DNA of 64,000 nucleotides, from positions 124,001-188,000 of the forward strand of contig CATNEN010000034.1 in the NCBI GenBank assembly GCA_950097015.1, given 5' to 3'. Source of the stretch: Macrostomum hystrix (taxonomy: Eukaryota; Animalia; Platyhelminthes). Position numbers and translations under genes: made by a program. Position 1 is the first letter of the stretch; every line of letters starts with the position of its first letter. The notes beneath the pieces were generated by a model. It made no database searches, was not told where the DNA came from, and saw only the letters and a program-made list of their open reading frames with translations. Positions 10,931-23,981 of this stretch are shown piece after piece.

Positions 10931-13900
10931 ATGCTAGATGACTATCAGCTACTTAAGGCAATTGGAAAAGGCAGCTATGGTGAGGTTTGGCTGGCCAAGC
11001 ATATTCGTGATCGGCGCCAGTATGTGCTGAAAAAAATCAGCTTGCTGAATGCCAATCAAAAGGAGCGAAAAAGTGCAGAGCAAGAATGCAAACTGCTGTC
11101 CCAGCTGAAGCACCCTAATATTGTCGGCTACAAGGTATTTAACTGACTTTGTTGTACTGATTAATCATATACTATTGGTCTTTGTTTGAAATCGACCCAT
11201 TTTTGTTGACAACAGTAGTAACAGTAATCATAGTATATTGATGACCACATGTACATTACTGAGCCACACGAGTTTTCATGATCAGCCAGATGTACACTCT
11301 CCATGGGGCTTGGCGCTCATTGGTGTAAATTTAGACAGGACGCCGAACCCTTCAATCCTCCGCCACACTTGAAATTGAAGGCCAACTTGAAGGTTTTGGC
11401 GCGCATTGTGACATCTCAAACTCACAGTGACCCTTTATAAAACTTTTACTAACTTTACCCAATATGACTGTGTATCTATTTCTTAGTAGTCAGATACTTT
11501 TCGCTACTAAAAAGAATAATTAAACTTGGTTAACACAATTGTGGCAACGAGTCATTCGAAACCAATCCTTAAAACAGGACTCCTTCGAGGCCAAGGGTAT
11601 TCTATACATTGTGATGGCCTTCTGCGAAGGAGGCGATCTCTATAGCCGCCTGAAGGAACAGCGTGGAACGGCGCTGCCCGAGCGTCAAATTGTTGAATGG
11701 TTCGTCCAAATCACGATGGCCCTGCAGTACATGCACGAGCGGAACATTCTGCACCGTGACTTGAAGACGCAAAACATCTTCCTGACTCGATCCAGGATCA
11801 TTAAGGTTGGCGATCTGGGCATCGCTCGCGTGTTGGACTCGTCCACGGACATGGCCAAGACTCTCATTGGCACGCCTTATTACATGAGCCCAGAGCTTTT
11901 CTCGAATAGGCCCTACAATCACAAGGTACTAGAGGCTGTTCTATACGAGCGTAACTCGTCATTGTCTGCCTTTGATTAGCTATCAGTTGTATTGCCAGAT
12001 TTGCCAGATTGTGCTATATAATTTACGAATAGAGTACCGCACCTACCCCACTCCATCGTGTGACAGTCGGACGTGTGGGCCCTCGGCTGCTGCGTGTACG
12101 AGATGGCAACGCTGAAGCACGCCTTTAACGCGCGCGACTTCAACTCGCTGTCCTCCAAGATCCTGCAGGGTCGCATGCCTGACATGCCCATGCAGTACAG
12201 TGCCGAGCTCGTGGCCCTTATCCGGGCGATGCTCAGCCAGGATCCGGACAAGAGGCCCTCCGTCAACCGCATCCTACGCGATCGTTTCATTCGAAAGAAC
12301 ATTCAAATGTTCCTGGATGCCACAGCAAACAGGCCTTCAACCGCTCCGGCTGGCGGCGGCCGCAGCTCTGAGGCACGTCGGCAGGCTCCGCCATCGCCGC
12401 CGCGAGCTCGAGAAGATCCTCCGCTGCCGTCGGAGGCGGCCGCCCGAGCTAGGCGTCGCGAACAGCGCGAAAGAGAACTGGAGCAAGAGCGCGAGAAGGA
12501 ACGACAGCGTGAACGTGAACGCGAAAGAGAGCGTGATCGTCAAAGAGAAAGGGAGCGTGAACGAGAGCGTGAACGAGAGCGTGAACGAGAGCGTGAACGA
12601 GAGCGTGAACGAGAGCGTGAATCGGCTTCGAAGGCGTCTGGTTCGGTGGATGACTCACGCAGCGACACAGCGGCGAGAAGACGCCGACGCGAGCAGATGA
12701 GCGCCGGCGGCGGTAGCGGCGGCCTGAATGCGCTGCGTGAGTGGCTTCTACTATTCGATGCGAATTCGCTAATGTTACAAATGCTAAATGGTTCAAGAAA
12801 TGAATACAATCCTTTTCTTAACCGCAAACATCCACACAGCAGCTGTCATGAATGAAACATACGACGTCGCCCTTACACCACGCTCGGTATATTTAATAGC
12901 ATTCAACAATTGACAATTCATATCTTTCTCAGCTGGGTGTTCTCGCATCTTTGAGTTGGTATTTGTGTATGCTTTCCTACTTTATGTTGTTCCTTACAAT
13001 TGTTTAGCACTTTCGCTCAGGCGTTTTTACTCATCGTTCCTACATATTTGATCAGTGTTGTCTCTCTAATGAAAACTAATGTCAGCGCAGAAGACATTGA
13101 AACATAATTTATTTACTTTTCCTCATCAGCTGGGCAGAGGTCGGCCCCGCCACCGCCCGCCATGGAGTCGCTTGTGCTGCTGCCAAGGCCGCTGCAGCCA
13201 CCAGTGGCCAAGCCGCGCCGTCAGCCCCAGGACAGAATCTCCGATGCTGTAAACACTTTATATCACCACTCAAGCTCTTGTAGCTACTATTGTACTTGGT
13301 TAATCATTAAAATTACGAGCGTAAATTAGATTAATTAAGTTTTAATGTACTGATATATTGTTAATTATAATAAATCATAATAAATCATAAGAGACTTTTT
13401 GTGTGAAAATTTGAGAGTCGATTATGGAGTTTAGGGAGGGTTTGGGGCAGAGAATGCGTACATTTGAGGGTCAATGATGGAGGTTAGAGAGGGTTTGGGG
13501 CAGAGAATGCGTACATTTGAGGGTCAATGATGGAGGTTAGAGAGGGTTTGGGGCAGAGAATGCGTACATTTGAGGGTCAATGATGGAGGTTAGAGAGGGT
13601 TTGGGGCAGAGAATGCGTACATTTGAGGGTCAATGATGGAGGTTAGAGAGGGTTTGGGGCAGAGAATGCGTACATTTGAGGGTCAATGATGGAGGTTAGA
13701 GAGGGTTTGGGGCAGAGAATGCGTACATTTGAGGGTCGATGATGGAGGTTAGAGAGGGTTTGGTGCAGAGAATGCGTACATTTGAGGGTCAATGATGGAG
13801 GTTAGAGAGGGTTTGGGGCAGAGAATGCGTACATTTGAGGGTCAATGATGGAGGTTAGAGAGGGTTTGGGGCAGAGAATGCGTACATTTGAGGGTCAATG

Positions 13901-15057
13901 ATGGAGGCTAGGGAGGGTTTGGGGCAGAGAATGCGTACATGTGAGGGTCGATGATGGATATTAGAGAGGGTTTGGTGCAGAGAATGCGTACATTTGAGGG
14001 TCAATGATGGAGGTTAGAGAGGGTTTGGGGCAGAGAATGCGTACATTTGAGGGTCAATGATGGAGGTTAGAGAGGGTTTGGGGCAGAGAATGCGTACATT
14101 TGAGGGTCAATGATGGAGGCTAGGGAGGGTTTGGGGCAGAGAATGCGTACATTTGAGGGTCGATGATGGATATTAGAGAGGGTTTGGGGCAGAGAATGCG
14201 TACATTTGAGGGTCGATGATGGAGGCTAGGGAGGGTTCGGTACTGTTTAAAATTTAGAAATTAAGGCTAAATTGGTTTTCTTACATTTCTCGCTCTAACT
14301 ACCTAATTAGTCTCGGCATTGCTGCTGTTGATTTTTTAACTGTCGTAACAAAAGCAGAATTATGCTTGCTGCTTTTACCGTTTATTTGAAGATTTTTCTA
14401 ACCATGAACGTGATATAGGCGAATTTCCTAATATGTTTAATAATATTTCCTTATCATTAAATCTTAACAACCAGGCTTAAAACACCAGCTATAGATCCTC
14501 AATCCGTCCCAATCCCCAAACAGCCGCGTCAGCCGCAGCAGTCGCCTCGCTCGCAAGTTGTCGCTGGCGATCAAAAAGACGAGGAGGAGCAACGCGACCG
14601 CGACAGTGAAGTGGTGGTGCAGCGCCAGTCATCGAAGGAGGCGGCCGAGGAGATGGACGACCTGGTTGAGCAGATGACCGCCACGCTGTCGTTTCATAAG
14701 GCTCAGAACCAGAAGAGACACCCAGCGGCTCATGCTGCTGCTGATGACGATGAGAGCGAAGAGGAAGAAGACACGGAAGACGAAGAAGAAGCGGAAGCAA
14801 ACGCTGGCCCGGTCGAGTCGCGTGAGGAGACAATGGGTCGCACAACTCGACTCCAGCAGCGGCTGGTTCAGCTGCGTAAGGACTGCCTGCAGCGGCTTGG
14901 TGTCGACATGCTTCGCAAGTGCTACGCCATCCTCGACGATCCGTCCAAGGATACCGAAGCTGCCCTGGTGCAGCTGCTAGGTAGGGAGACCTTCCAGGAG
15001 ATGGCCGGCAAAGTTTGGCAGCTCAAATTCGTTGAGGAGCGCCTCTTCCCAGGATAA
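10931..15057 (+). CDS. NEK4: NIMA-related kinase 4 (spliced)
   Basis: Exons 10931-11134, 11578-11925 and 12067-12736 have GT-AG boundaries with matching phases. A probable exon starts at 13130 (donor uncertain, about 13248), and the terminal exon runs from about 14475/14495 to 15057. Motifs: GKGSYG, VLKK, HRDLKTQN, GDLGIAR, GTPYYMSPE, SDVWALGC. The C-terminus LRKDCLQRLG...QLKFVEE is NEK4-like. Confidence 0.92.
12469..12620 (+). repeat. Coding (GAACGAGAGCGT)n repeat encoding a Glu-Arg dipeptide tract in NEK4 exon 3
   Basis: 12-bp period, in frame, gives ERERERER. Confidence 0.9.
13411..14240. repeat. 53-bp minisatellite, about 15 copies, in a NEK4 intron
   Basis: Unit GATGGAGGTTAGAGAGGGTTTGGGGCAGAGAATGCGTACATTTGAGGGTCAAT. 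Confidence 0.95.
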
Positions 15058-15145
15058 TGAGAGCCTAGTTTGATGATTATTTGAAAAAACTGCAGCTTCG
15101 GTTCGCACAATTCCGACTGGCTGGGGACTGAAATTTGATAATGGG

Positions 15146-15340
15146 TGATTCTGATTGGCTGGGAAATGTACTCGTAATTTTTCGCGGATGCTTCTGATTG
15201 GCTGGAAAATGGAATTCCTTAGGGAATGATTCTGATTGGCTGGAAAAAAGTTTTTCGTCGCGGATGATTCTGATTGGTTAAAAAATAGGATTATTTTATG
15301 TATGATTCTGGTTTTGTTTTTGTTTACGATTCTGACTGGC
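15146..15340 (-). promoter_or_regulatory. Cluster of CCAAT-box-like motifs downstream of NEK4
   Basis: TTCTGATTGG(C/T) with ATTGG at 15154, 15197, 15235 and 15273, plus degenerate copies. Confidence 0.35.
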
Positions 15341-16216
15341 AGAGGACTGCGATTTTACTGTCAGTTTTTTTAATTGGTTTAGAAAGCCACAAGTTCTAAA
15401 GCTGTGTGTAATTACAATAGGCTGTTTATCTTTTATTGGCTGATATTTATTCATTTACTTTTCTTCCCTTGTTCCTCGTTTCACAATGACAGCAGAAAAA
15501 GCTAGCATGAATGAAATCTAATATTAACTTATAAATTATTCTCGTTTCTTGGCCTGTGGATAATTCCCACTTTGCTGTTTATTTTATGCTAATGCAATTT
15601 GTATTCTTGTTTTAACTGTTCCGTCCATGTCTGGTTGGCAGAGCTTTATGCTGTGTTGGCCTTACGTTAAATAAATTAAAGCTTAAATTTGTTTTCATTG
15701 CTACTCACAATGGGATGGCTTGTATTCGATATAAAAAAATCGTCGATTCACAATGTGCTTTGGTAGAAGTATGATAAAAATGTCAAATGAGCCTTAATCA
15801 ACATTTACAATCCCATAATCAACCTTGTGTATTCCGATTGTGCAGCATAACTAGTCAAAAATGGATTCATCTGTCTTATTTGCACCTGTTTCATTTTGTC
15901 ACACCTGAATTTCAATTCTTTTTTTTCTGTTGGCTTCTTTAGTAGCAATTAAAAAGCACACAGCATTATCACAAATCATATATCTTATTAATTGTGCTTT
16001 ATTAACTATTGCTGATTTCATATTAAAATTCTGCGTAATTTTTAAGCAAATAGATTATCCAAATGAAACCCTACATTAAATGGGATAAATTGATATCAAG
16101 CTGGTCACCAAACTGGTCACTGCTTTGTGAGTCCCGTCTTGAATTAATATTATATTTAAAGTAATTAAAATAATTCACACAAACAATACTGATAGCAATG
16201 AAGGTCAATGAAGGCT

Positions 16217-16706
16217 TACACTAATGTCACATCCAAGCCACACTAATGTCACATCCAAGCCACACTGATGTCACATCCAAGCCACACTGATGTCACATCC
16301 AAGCCACACTGATGTCACATCCAAGCCACACTGATGTCACATCCAAGCCACACTGATGTCACATCCAAGCAACAGTGATGTCACACCTCCAAGCCACACT
16401 GATGTCACACCTTCAAGCCACACTGATGTCACATCCAAGCCACACTGATGTCACATCCAAGCAACAGTGATGTCACACCTCCAAGCCACACTGATGTCAC
16501 ACCTTCAAGCCACACTGATGTCACATCCAAGCCACACTGATGTCACATCCAAGCAACAGTGATGTCACACCTCCAAGCCACACTGATGTCACACCTTCAA
16601 GCCACACTGATGTCACATCCAAGCCACACTGATGTCACATCCAAGCCACACTGATGTCACATCCAAGCCACACTGATGTCACATCCAAGCCACACTGATG
16701 TCACAT
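16217..16706. repeat. 22-bp minisatellite with 24-bp variants, about 22 units
   Basis: Unit GCCACACTGATGTCACATCCAA; the variants recur in a higher-order pattern. Confidence 0.95.
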
Positions 16707-17109
16707 CTGTCCAAAATCTCGGTTTTGTTCAATTTCTGCCTTGAGTTGTGTCGCTCGCCAGTTTAGATTAGAGCACGAATGTTCAGCTACAGTTGGGTTT
16801 GCTATTTAACTGTGCGCCGGAAAATGAAATTCGATCTTAGCACTCCGTACATTGGATAGTCACAGAACAGTCAATGTGCTTTTGTAGCAAACTTGTGCCT
16901 TACCAAGCTAACAAAATAAATCCGCCTAGAAATATTCAAGTCTTATCAGTGTCTGAGACTGCTTCTAGTCTCTCCGTAATAGAATCGACCGGCAACTACG
17001 CTCGTAGCATTTTAAACAAACTTTGCTAACTCAACAGTTTGATCAGCTCTAAACATAAAATTTGCCGGCAATTATTAAACCATATGGTCAAACTCTGGTC
17101 AGCGACACA

Positions 17110-18879
17110 ATGACAGAAAGCATGGAGCCGACAACCCTTATGGCCACAGCTCTACCCGAGTTTGAGTCCATCTTCGAATGCCGTTAGTATCCAAATAATA
17201 TATATTAAACTTGTAGGACAGAGTTCAAAATCGTACCAGAAACGGAGCTAGAAATGGAGCTAGAATCGTACCAGAAACGGAGCTAGAAATGGAGCTAGAA
17301 TCGTACCAGAAACGGAGCTAGAAATGGAGCTAGAATCGTACCAGAAACGGAACTAGAAATGGAGCTAGAATCGTACCAGAAACGGAGCTAGAAATGGAGC
17401 TAGAATCGTACCAGAAACGTAGCTGGAAATGGAGCTAAAATCGTACCAGAAACGTAGCTGGAAATGGAGCTAGAATCGTACCAGAAACGGAGCAAGAATC
17501 GTACCAGAAACATAGCTAGAATCTTACCAGAAACGGAGCTAGAAATGGAGCTAGAATCGTACCAGAAACGGAGCTAGAAATGGAGCTAAAATCGTACCAG
17601 AAACGTAGCTGGAAATGGAGCTAGAATCGTACCAGAAACGTAGCTGGAAACGGAGCTAGAATCGTACCAGAAACGGAGCAAGAATCGTACCAGAAACATA
17701 GCTAGAATCTTACCAGAAACGGAGCTAGAAATGGAGCTAGAATCGTACCAGAATCGGAGCTAGAATCGTACCAGAAACGGAGCTAGAAATGAAGCTAGAA
17801 TCGTACCAGAAACGGGGCTAGAAATGAAGCTAGAATCGTACCAGAAACGGGGCTAGAATCGCACCAGAAACTGAGGTAGAAACGTAGCTAGAAATGAAGC
17901 TAGAATCGTACCAGAAACGGGGCTAGAATCGCACCAGAAACTGAGGTAGAAACGTAGCTAGAAATGGAGCTAGAATCGTACCAGAAACGGGGCTAGAATC
18001 GCACCAGAAACTGAGGTAGAAACGTAGCTAGAAATGGAGCTAGAATCGTACGAGAAACGTAGCTAGAAATGGAGCTAGAATCGTACGAGAAACGGGGCTA
18101 GAATCATACCAAAGGCGAGCTAGAATCGAAGAAAAAAACATATCTAGAACCGTAGCAGAAATGGAAGATAGAATCTCGTGTAGTGTAACTTTTAAGAAAT
18201 ATTTAAGGAAGAGTGTTAAAGCTATCTAACTTGACCATCTTTTTACTAAATTTCTTTTTTAACTGACAGACTACTTAGAGTATAGAGGACGAATGTGTAA
18301 CTTTCGGAATCAGAATCACAAAAGAGTCACGAGATATTCAACGATTCTCGTGGGGTGTCTGGTGGCAAGAACCACCAATATAGGCATATTTTTTCTGGTC
18401 ACAAAATTTCAACATGTGACCATGTCGGCAATTATGGTCACTTATGGTTGATTATTTAAAAAAGATAATTTTTTTACTTTTGAACCAATATGGATTCGCC
18501 ATAGAAGTTTATACAAAGCATTGTTTGTTGTTCTTGTCACCACGGTCTTCGGAAAGAATCGCATTTAAAATACCCCTTTCTAATGTATTTCTAATGTGAA
18601 TTAAAAGTTGTAACAAAAACCGTCTCAGAAAAGGAGCTTTTCGAAGGCAGCTGCATCACCTGGTTCCACCTGGGCGGCATCGTCTCAGTAGCCTACATCA
18701 TTATCCTGGTGCTGCTCCTGGTGGTGCTGGAGGCCGTGCTCAAACCGGAAAGCGGCGACGAACGGGAGCGAAAACTTGAAGCGGAGGCGGACGCGGCGGA
18801 GGCGGAGGAAGCAGCGGCTGCTGCGGCGGAAACTGCGTCTCATGAGGCGGCCTCCACAACTGTTACGGATCTCGCTTGA
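17110..18879 (+). CDS. Candidate 2-exon single-pass membrane microprotein (about 101-107 aa)
   Basis: Exon 1 is 17110-17182 (ATG; donor GTTAGT, phase 1). Exon 2 starts at phase-1 AG 18628 or 18646 and ends at TGA 18879, in a GC-rich island encoding CITWFHLGGIVSVAYIIILVLLLVVLEAVLK plus an Ala/Glu-rich tail. Confidence 0.5.
17229..18175. repeat. 35-bp composite minisatellite built from 11-12-bp subunits
   Basis: Unit AATCGTACCAGAAACGGAGCTAGAAATGGAGCTAG. Confidence 0.92.
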
Positions 18880-19168
18880 ACCGAGAACTGACCTGACATG
18901 ACCACGCCCGATTAACGTGACATTGTATTGAATACATCAGGACTCTAATCAAAGCTTAACCTTGACGTTTAATGACACTACTGCTTGCTACATTACGGCT
19001 CCTGTGCGCTTTCCTAGATATCGGTTGCTCTAAAATGTGAATTCTGTGCTCCACTTGTTAGATGTCAGAGGTATTTTTCTGCCCAATCTTTTTAATTAAA
19101 AACGGTAATATGCAGAGACAAAGATTTTATAAATTAATTTTTATGGTTCTGCATACAGCTGCTCTCAA

Positions 19169-20050
19169 CTTCTACCCTGTCTGGCTACCTCCATCCTTCT
19201 ATCCTGTCTGGCTACCTCCACCTTCTATCCTGTCTGCCTACCTCCACCTTCTATCCTGTCTGCCTACCTCCACCTTCTATCCTGTCTGGCTACCTCCACC
19301 TTCTATCCTGTCTGCCTACCTCCACATTCTATCCTGTCTGTCTACCCTCACTGTCTATCCTGTCTGCCTACCTCCACATTCTATCCTGTCTGCCTACCTC
19401 CACATTCTATCCTGTCTGCCTACCCCCACAGTCTATCCTGTCTGCCTACCTCCACATTCTATCCTGTCTGTCTACCCCCACAGTCTATCCTGTCTGCCTA
19501 CCCCCACAGTCTATCCTGTCTGCCTACCACCACATTCTATCCTGTCTGCCTACCTCCACCTTCTATCCTGTCTGCCTACCTCCACCTTCTATCCTGTCAG
19601 CCTACCTCCACCTTCTATCCTGTCTGGCTACCTCCACCTTCTATCCTGTCTGCCTACCTCCACATTCTATCCTGTCTGTCTACCCTCACTGTCTATCCTG
19701 TCTGGCTACCTCCACCTTCTATCCTGTCTGCCTACCCCCACAGTCTATCCTGTCTGCCTACCTCCACCTTCTATCCTGTCAGCCTACCTCCACATTCTAT
19801 CCTGTCTGTCTACCCTCACTGTCTATCCTGTCTGGCTACCTCCACCTTCTATCCTGTCTGCCTACCCCCACAGTCTATCCTGTCTGCCTACCTCCACCTT
19901 CTATCCTGTCAGCCTACCCCCACAGTCTATCCTGTCTGCCTACCTCCACCTTCTATCCTGTCAGCCTACCTCCACCTTCTATCCTGTCTGGCTACCACCA
20001 CCTTCTATCCTGTCAGCCTACCTCCACCTTCTATCCTGTCAGCCTACCTC
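19169..20050. repeat. 26-bp pyrimidine-rich minisatellite, about 34 copies
   Basis: Unit CTTCTATCCTGTCTGCCTACCTCCAC. Confidence 0.95.
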
Positions 20051-20495
20051 CTCCCTTCCGTTCTCTCTTTCTGGTCCCTCATCCTGCCATTTCAGCTTAG
20101 TCATTGTCCTGAGGTCTTGCTATTTCGGCAATGCCAAAGACGCATAAAAATATTTCGCTTCTCCGTTGCCAAATTTGGAGCTCTGCAAGGCACAGCTCTG
20201 CCTACAGTCATGTATCTTTATTTGCTTAGAACTAGTTCGCCTATTCCACTATTCCAACTTTTGACTTGCCGTTTCACCTGTCGCCAGCTCTGAGCACTTT
20301 TATTATAACTCTGAAGCCAGGTGGAGTGGAGATCATGGCAAACACTGCGTACAACAGGACTGTGCGTATTTGCACTTTTAGTGCCCGCACTGACTGAGAC
20401 AGTGTTGGCAAGTAATTTCAGTTCATATAGTGCCTCTCTGCGATCTGAAACTTGAACGGATATTCTAACCTCTGAATTCAAGAAGTCTTTCAGTT

Positions 20496-20595
20496 CCTTC
20501 AGGGACTGTCTGCCATTCTTCCTCTAGTCCTTCAGGGACTGTCTGCCATTCTTCCTCTTGTCCTTCAGGGACTGTCTGCCATTCTTCCGCTTGTC
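20496..20595. repeat. 33-bp triplicated unit inside a possible minus-strand exon
   Basis: CCTTCAGGGACTGTCTGCCATTCTTC at 20496, 20529 and 20562. The minus strand reads EEEWQTVPEG x3 after a TTTTTTCAG acceptor at 20613. Confidence 0.6.
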
Positions 20596-20924
20596 CATCA
20601 GAGTCTCTCTGCCTGAAAAAAGTATATTTATTGATAAGGAAATACACAGATAGAATAACCAGGAATGTGATATTATCAAGACAGTTTGGAATCCTTGTGC
20701 AAACATATGAAGAACAATGATGCGGGGCGGTGTATTTGGACAATCTGCAAGCTAAACTGCGAGCTAGACATTAGTTCTTCGACAAACAAGTTTAGATTTT
20801 GTGTACGGAACCGCCTCATTTGCAAATGAGATACAGGCCTTGTAAATAGCTCTCCATTGCCAGTGAGAAAAACGTGGTAATGGGTTGAACTGAGGAGGCG
20901 GCGGTTCTCTAAGCACCACAAATT

Positions 20925-22961
20925 GAGAGGACACAGTGATTCCCGGAGGGGAATCTAAGGAGAGGACACAGAGATTCTCGGAGGGGAATCTAAGGAGAGG
21001 ACACAGAGATTCTCGGAGGGGAATCTAAGGAGAGGACACAGAGATTCTCTGAGGGGAATCTAAGGAGAGGACACAGAGATTCTCTGAGGGGAATCTAAGG
21101 AGAGGACACAGTGATTCCCGGAGGGGAATCTAAGGAGAGGACACAGAGATTCTCTGAGGGAATCTAAGGAGAGGACACAGAGATTCTCTGAGGGGAATCT
21201 AAGGAGAGGACACAGTGATTCCCGGAGGGGAATCTAAGGAGAGGACACAGAGATTCTCTGAGGGAATCTAAGGAGAGGACACAGAGATTCTCTGAGGGGA
21301 ATCTAAGGAGAGGACACAGAGATTCTCGGAGGGGAATCTAAGGAGAGGACACAGAGATTCTCTGAGGGGAATCTAAGGAGAGGACACAGAGATTCTCTGA
21401 GGGAATCTAAGGAGAGGACACAGAGATTCTCTGAGGGGAATCTAAGGAGAGGACACAGAGATTCTCTGAGGGGAATCTAAGGAGAGGACACAGAGATTCT
21501 CTGAGGGGAATCTAAGGAGAGGACACAGAGATTCTCGGAGGGGAATCTAAGGAGAGGACACAGTGATTCCCGGAGGGGAATCTAAGGAGAGGTCACAGAG
21601 ATTCTCTGAGGGGAATCAAAGGAGAGGACACAGAGATTCTCGGAGGGGAATCTAAGGAGAGGACACAGAGATTCTCTGAGGGGAATCTAAGGAGAGGACA
21701 CAGAGATTCTCGGAGGGGAATCTAAGGAGAGGACACAGAGATTCTCTGAGGGGAATCTAAGGAGAGGACACAGTGATTCTCGGAGGGGAATCTAAGGAGA
21801 GGACACAGAGATTCTCGGAGGGGAATCTAAGGAGAGGACACAGTGATTCTCGGAGGGGAATCTAAGGAGAGGACACAGTGATTCTCGGAGGGGAATCTAA
21901 GGAGAGGACACAGAGATTCTCTGAGGGGAATCTAAGGAGAGGACACAGAGATTCTCGGAGGGGAATCTAAGGAGAGGACACAGAGATTCTCTGAGGGGAA
22001 TCTAAGGAGAGGACACAGAGATTCTCTGAGGGGAATCTAAGGAGAGGACACAGAGATTCTCGGAGGGGAATCTAAGGAGAGGACACAGAGATTCTCTGAG
22101 GGGAATCTAAGGAGAGGACACAGAGATTCTCTGAGGGGAATCTAAGGAGAGGACACAGAGATTCTCGGAGGGGAATCTAAGGAGAGGACACAGAGATTCT
22201 CGGAGGGGAATCTAAGGAGAGGACACAGAGATTCTCAGAGGGGAATCTAAGGAGAGGACACTGTGATTCTCTGAGGGAATCTAGTGAGAGGACACAGAGA
22301 TTCTCTGAGGGGAATCTAGTGAGAGGACACAGAGATTCTCTGAGGGGAATCTAGTGAGAGGACACAGTGGTTCTCTGAGGGGAATCTAGTGAGAGGACAC
22401 AGAGATTCTCTGAGGGGAATCTAAGGAGAGGACACAGAGATTCTCAGTGGGGAATCTAAGGAGAGGACACAGAGATTCTCTGAGGGGAATCTAAGGAGAG
22501 GACACAGAGATTCTCTGAGGGGAATCTAAGGAGAGGACACAGAGATTCTCAGTGGGGAATCTAAGGAGAGGACACAGAGATTCTCTGAGGGGAATCTAAG
22601 GAGAGGACACAGAGATTCTCAGTGGGGAATCTAAGGAGAGGACAAATAGATTCTCTGAGGGAATCTAGTGAGAGGACACTGTGATTCTCTGAGGGAATCT
22701 AGTGAGAGGACACAGAGATTCTCTGAGGGAATCTAGTGAGAGGACACAGTGGTTCTCTGAGGGAATCTAGTGAGAGGACACTGTGGTTCTCTGAGGGAAT
22801 CTAGTGAGAGGACACTGTGATTCTCTGAGGGAATCTAGTGAGAGGACACTGTGATTCTCTGAGGGAATCTAGTGAGAGGACACTGTGATTCTCTGAGGGA
22901 ATCTAGTGAGAGGACACTGTGATTCTCTGAGGGAATCTAGTGAGAGCTAGGACACAGATTC
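20925..22961. repeat. 35/34-bp minisatellite, about 58 copies
   Basis: Unit GGGGAATCTAAGGAGAGGACACAGAGATTCTCTGA; a 34-bp variant takes over at the right end. Confidence 0.96.
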
Positions 22962-23981
22962 TGAGGCCATGTGGACATAGGTGGCGGCGTTTAGACGCTC
23001 GCCTTTTGGACAATACTGACGTGGATGACATTCAGTCGTTCAAGTTCCATTCTCTGTGTCGCGTTTCCCTGCCCTCCTCATTATGGACACATAGGGCCCA
23101 GAGTACTTGCACGCGAGCCAGAAATTTCCAGCTGGCTCTGGTTTAGAAAAATCTCTATTCAAATCATGATTGTCGCCAGTACCCCATCACACCCAAGCAG
23201 TCTCTATGCATTGGATCTGAGAAAGGGACGCCATGTAGGCGGGGTTGGGGAACTCTTCTTTAGCGCAGTTTTGAGTTACAGAGCAGCAGAGACGGAGAGA
23301 CCTCCTCCTCCTCCTCATACTCTCAGGGGCCACACCCAGCCACCTCCCCCCCGCCCAGGACCAGACCTTGTCAAATTCAAGTACTTTGGCACGCTTGGCA
23401 TTTGGCTGGTTCTATTGTAGTTCCATGCGAGCATATGCATATAGTGCTATTGGCTGTTAGGCGACAGGCAGGTGGAGGGTAGGGTGGCTGTCAGAGGTTG
23501 GTGTGACCTACCCCACTTTCAGACGCGCCCAACCACCCACTCCGAGCTCGGGCAGCGAACCCAAAATAAATAATTGAAAACAATTATAAAGACGAAACAC
23601 GGAAAGAAACAAAAGTTGCATAGAATGGCAGACAGGGAAAGTTTCTTCCGCATTTTACTTGTAATTTCCAAGTCGACCAAAGCGAGCCAACAGAAATATA
23701 AATTCTTTCATTATATCAGGCGAGACAATTAATAGCAGTTTCCGAATTCTAGACAGTTTTTGTTTGCATTTGGCATAAACAAAGCCCATCTGGAGGCATC
23801 GAGCTTATAATCAACTAGCATCGAGCATCGAGCTAATTTACGCTGTCTGAACTCGGTAAAAAGAAAGATTTCGCACCATTTCCTCACTACAGAGTCAAGG
23901 CGTGTAATTTAGTCGTGTTCCGCTGCGATTCCAATACGACAGGCTGAATGACCTCTAACTCGGCTTCTGGGTAAGTGCCTT

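Noticed and set aside
19062-20147. 361-aa ORF and similar long ORFs at 23887-25245, 26242-26586, 31174-33474, 34010-34523 and 37545-37823
   Set aside because: They are stop-free translations of minisatellite units, often open in several frames, with no protein-like features.
22940-23420. ORFs of 68 and 131 aa
   Set aside because: No motif, no consistent splice frame on either strand, and GTG starts.
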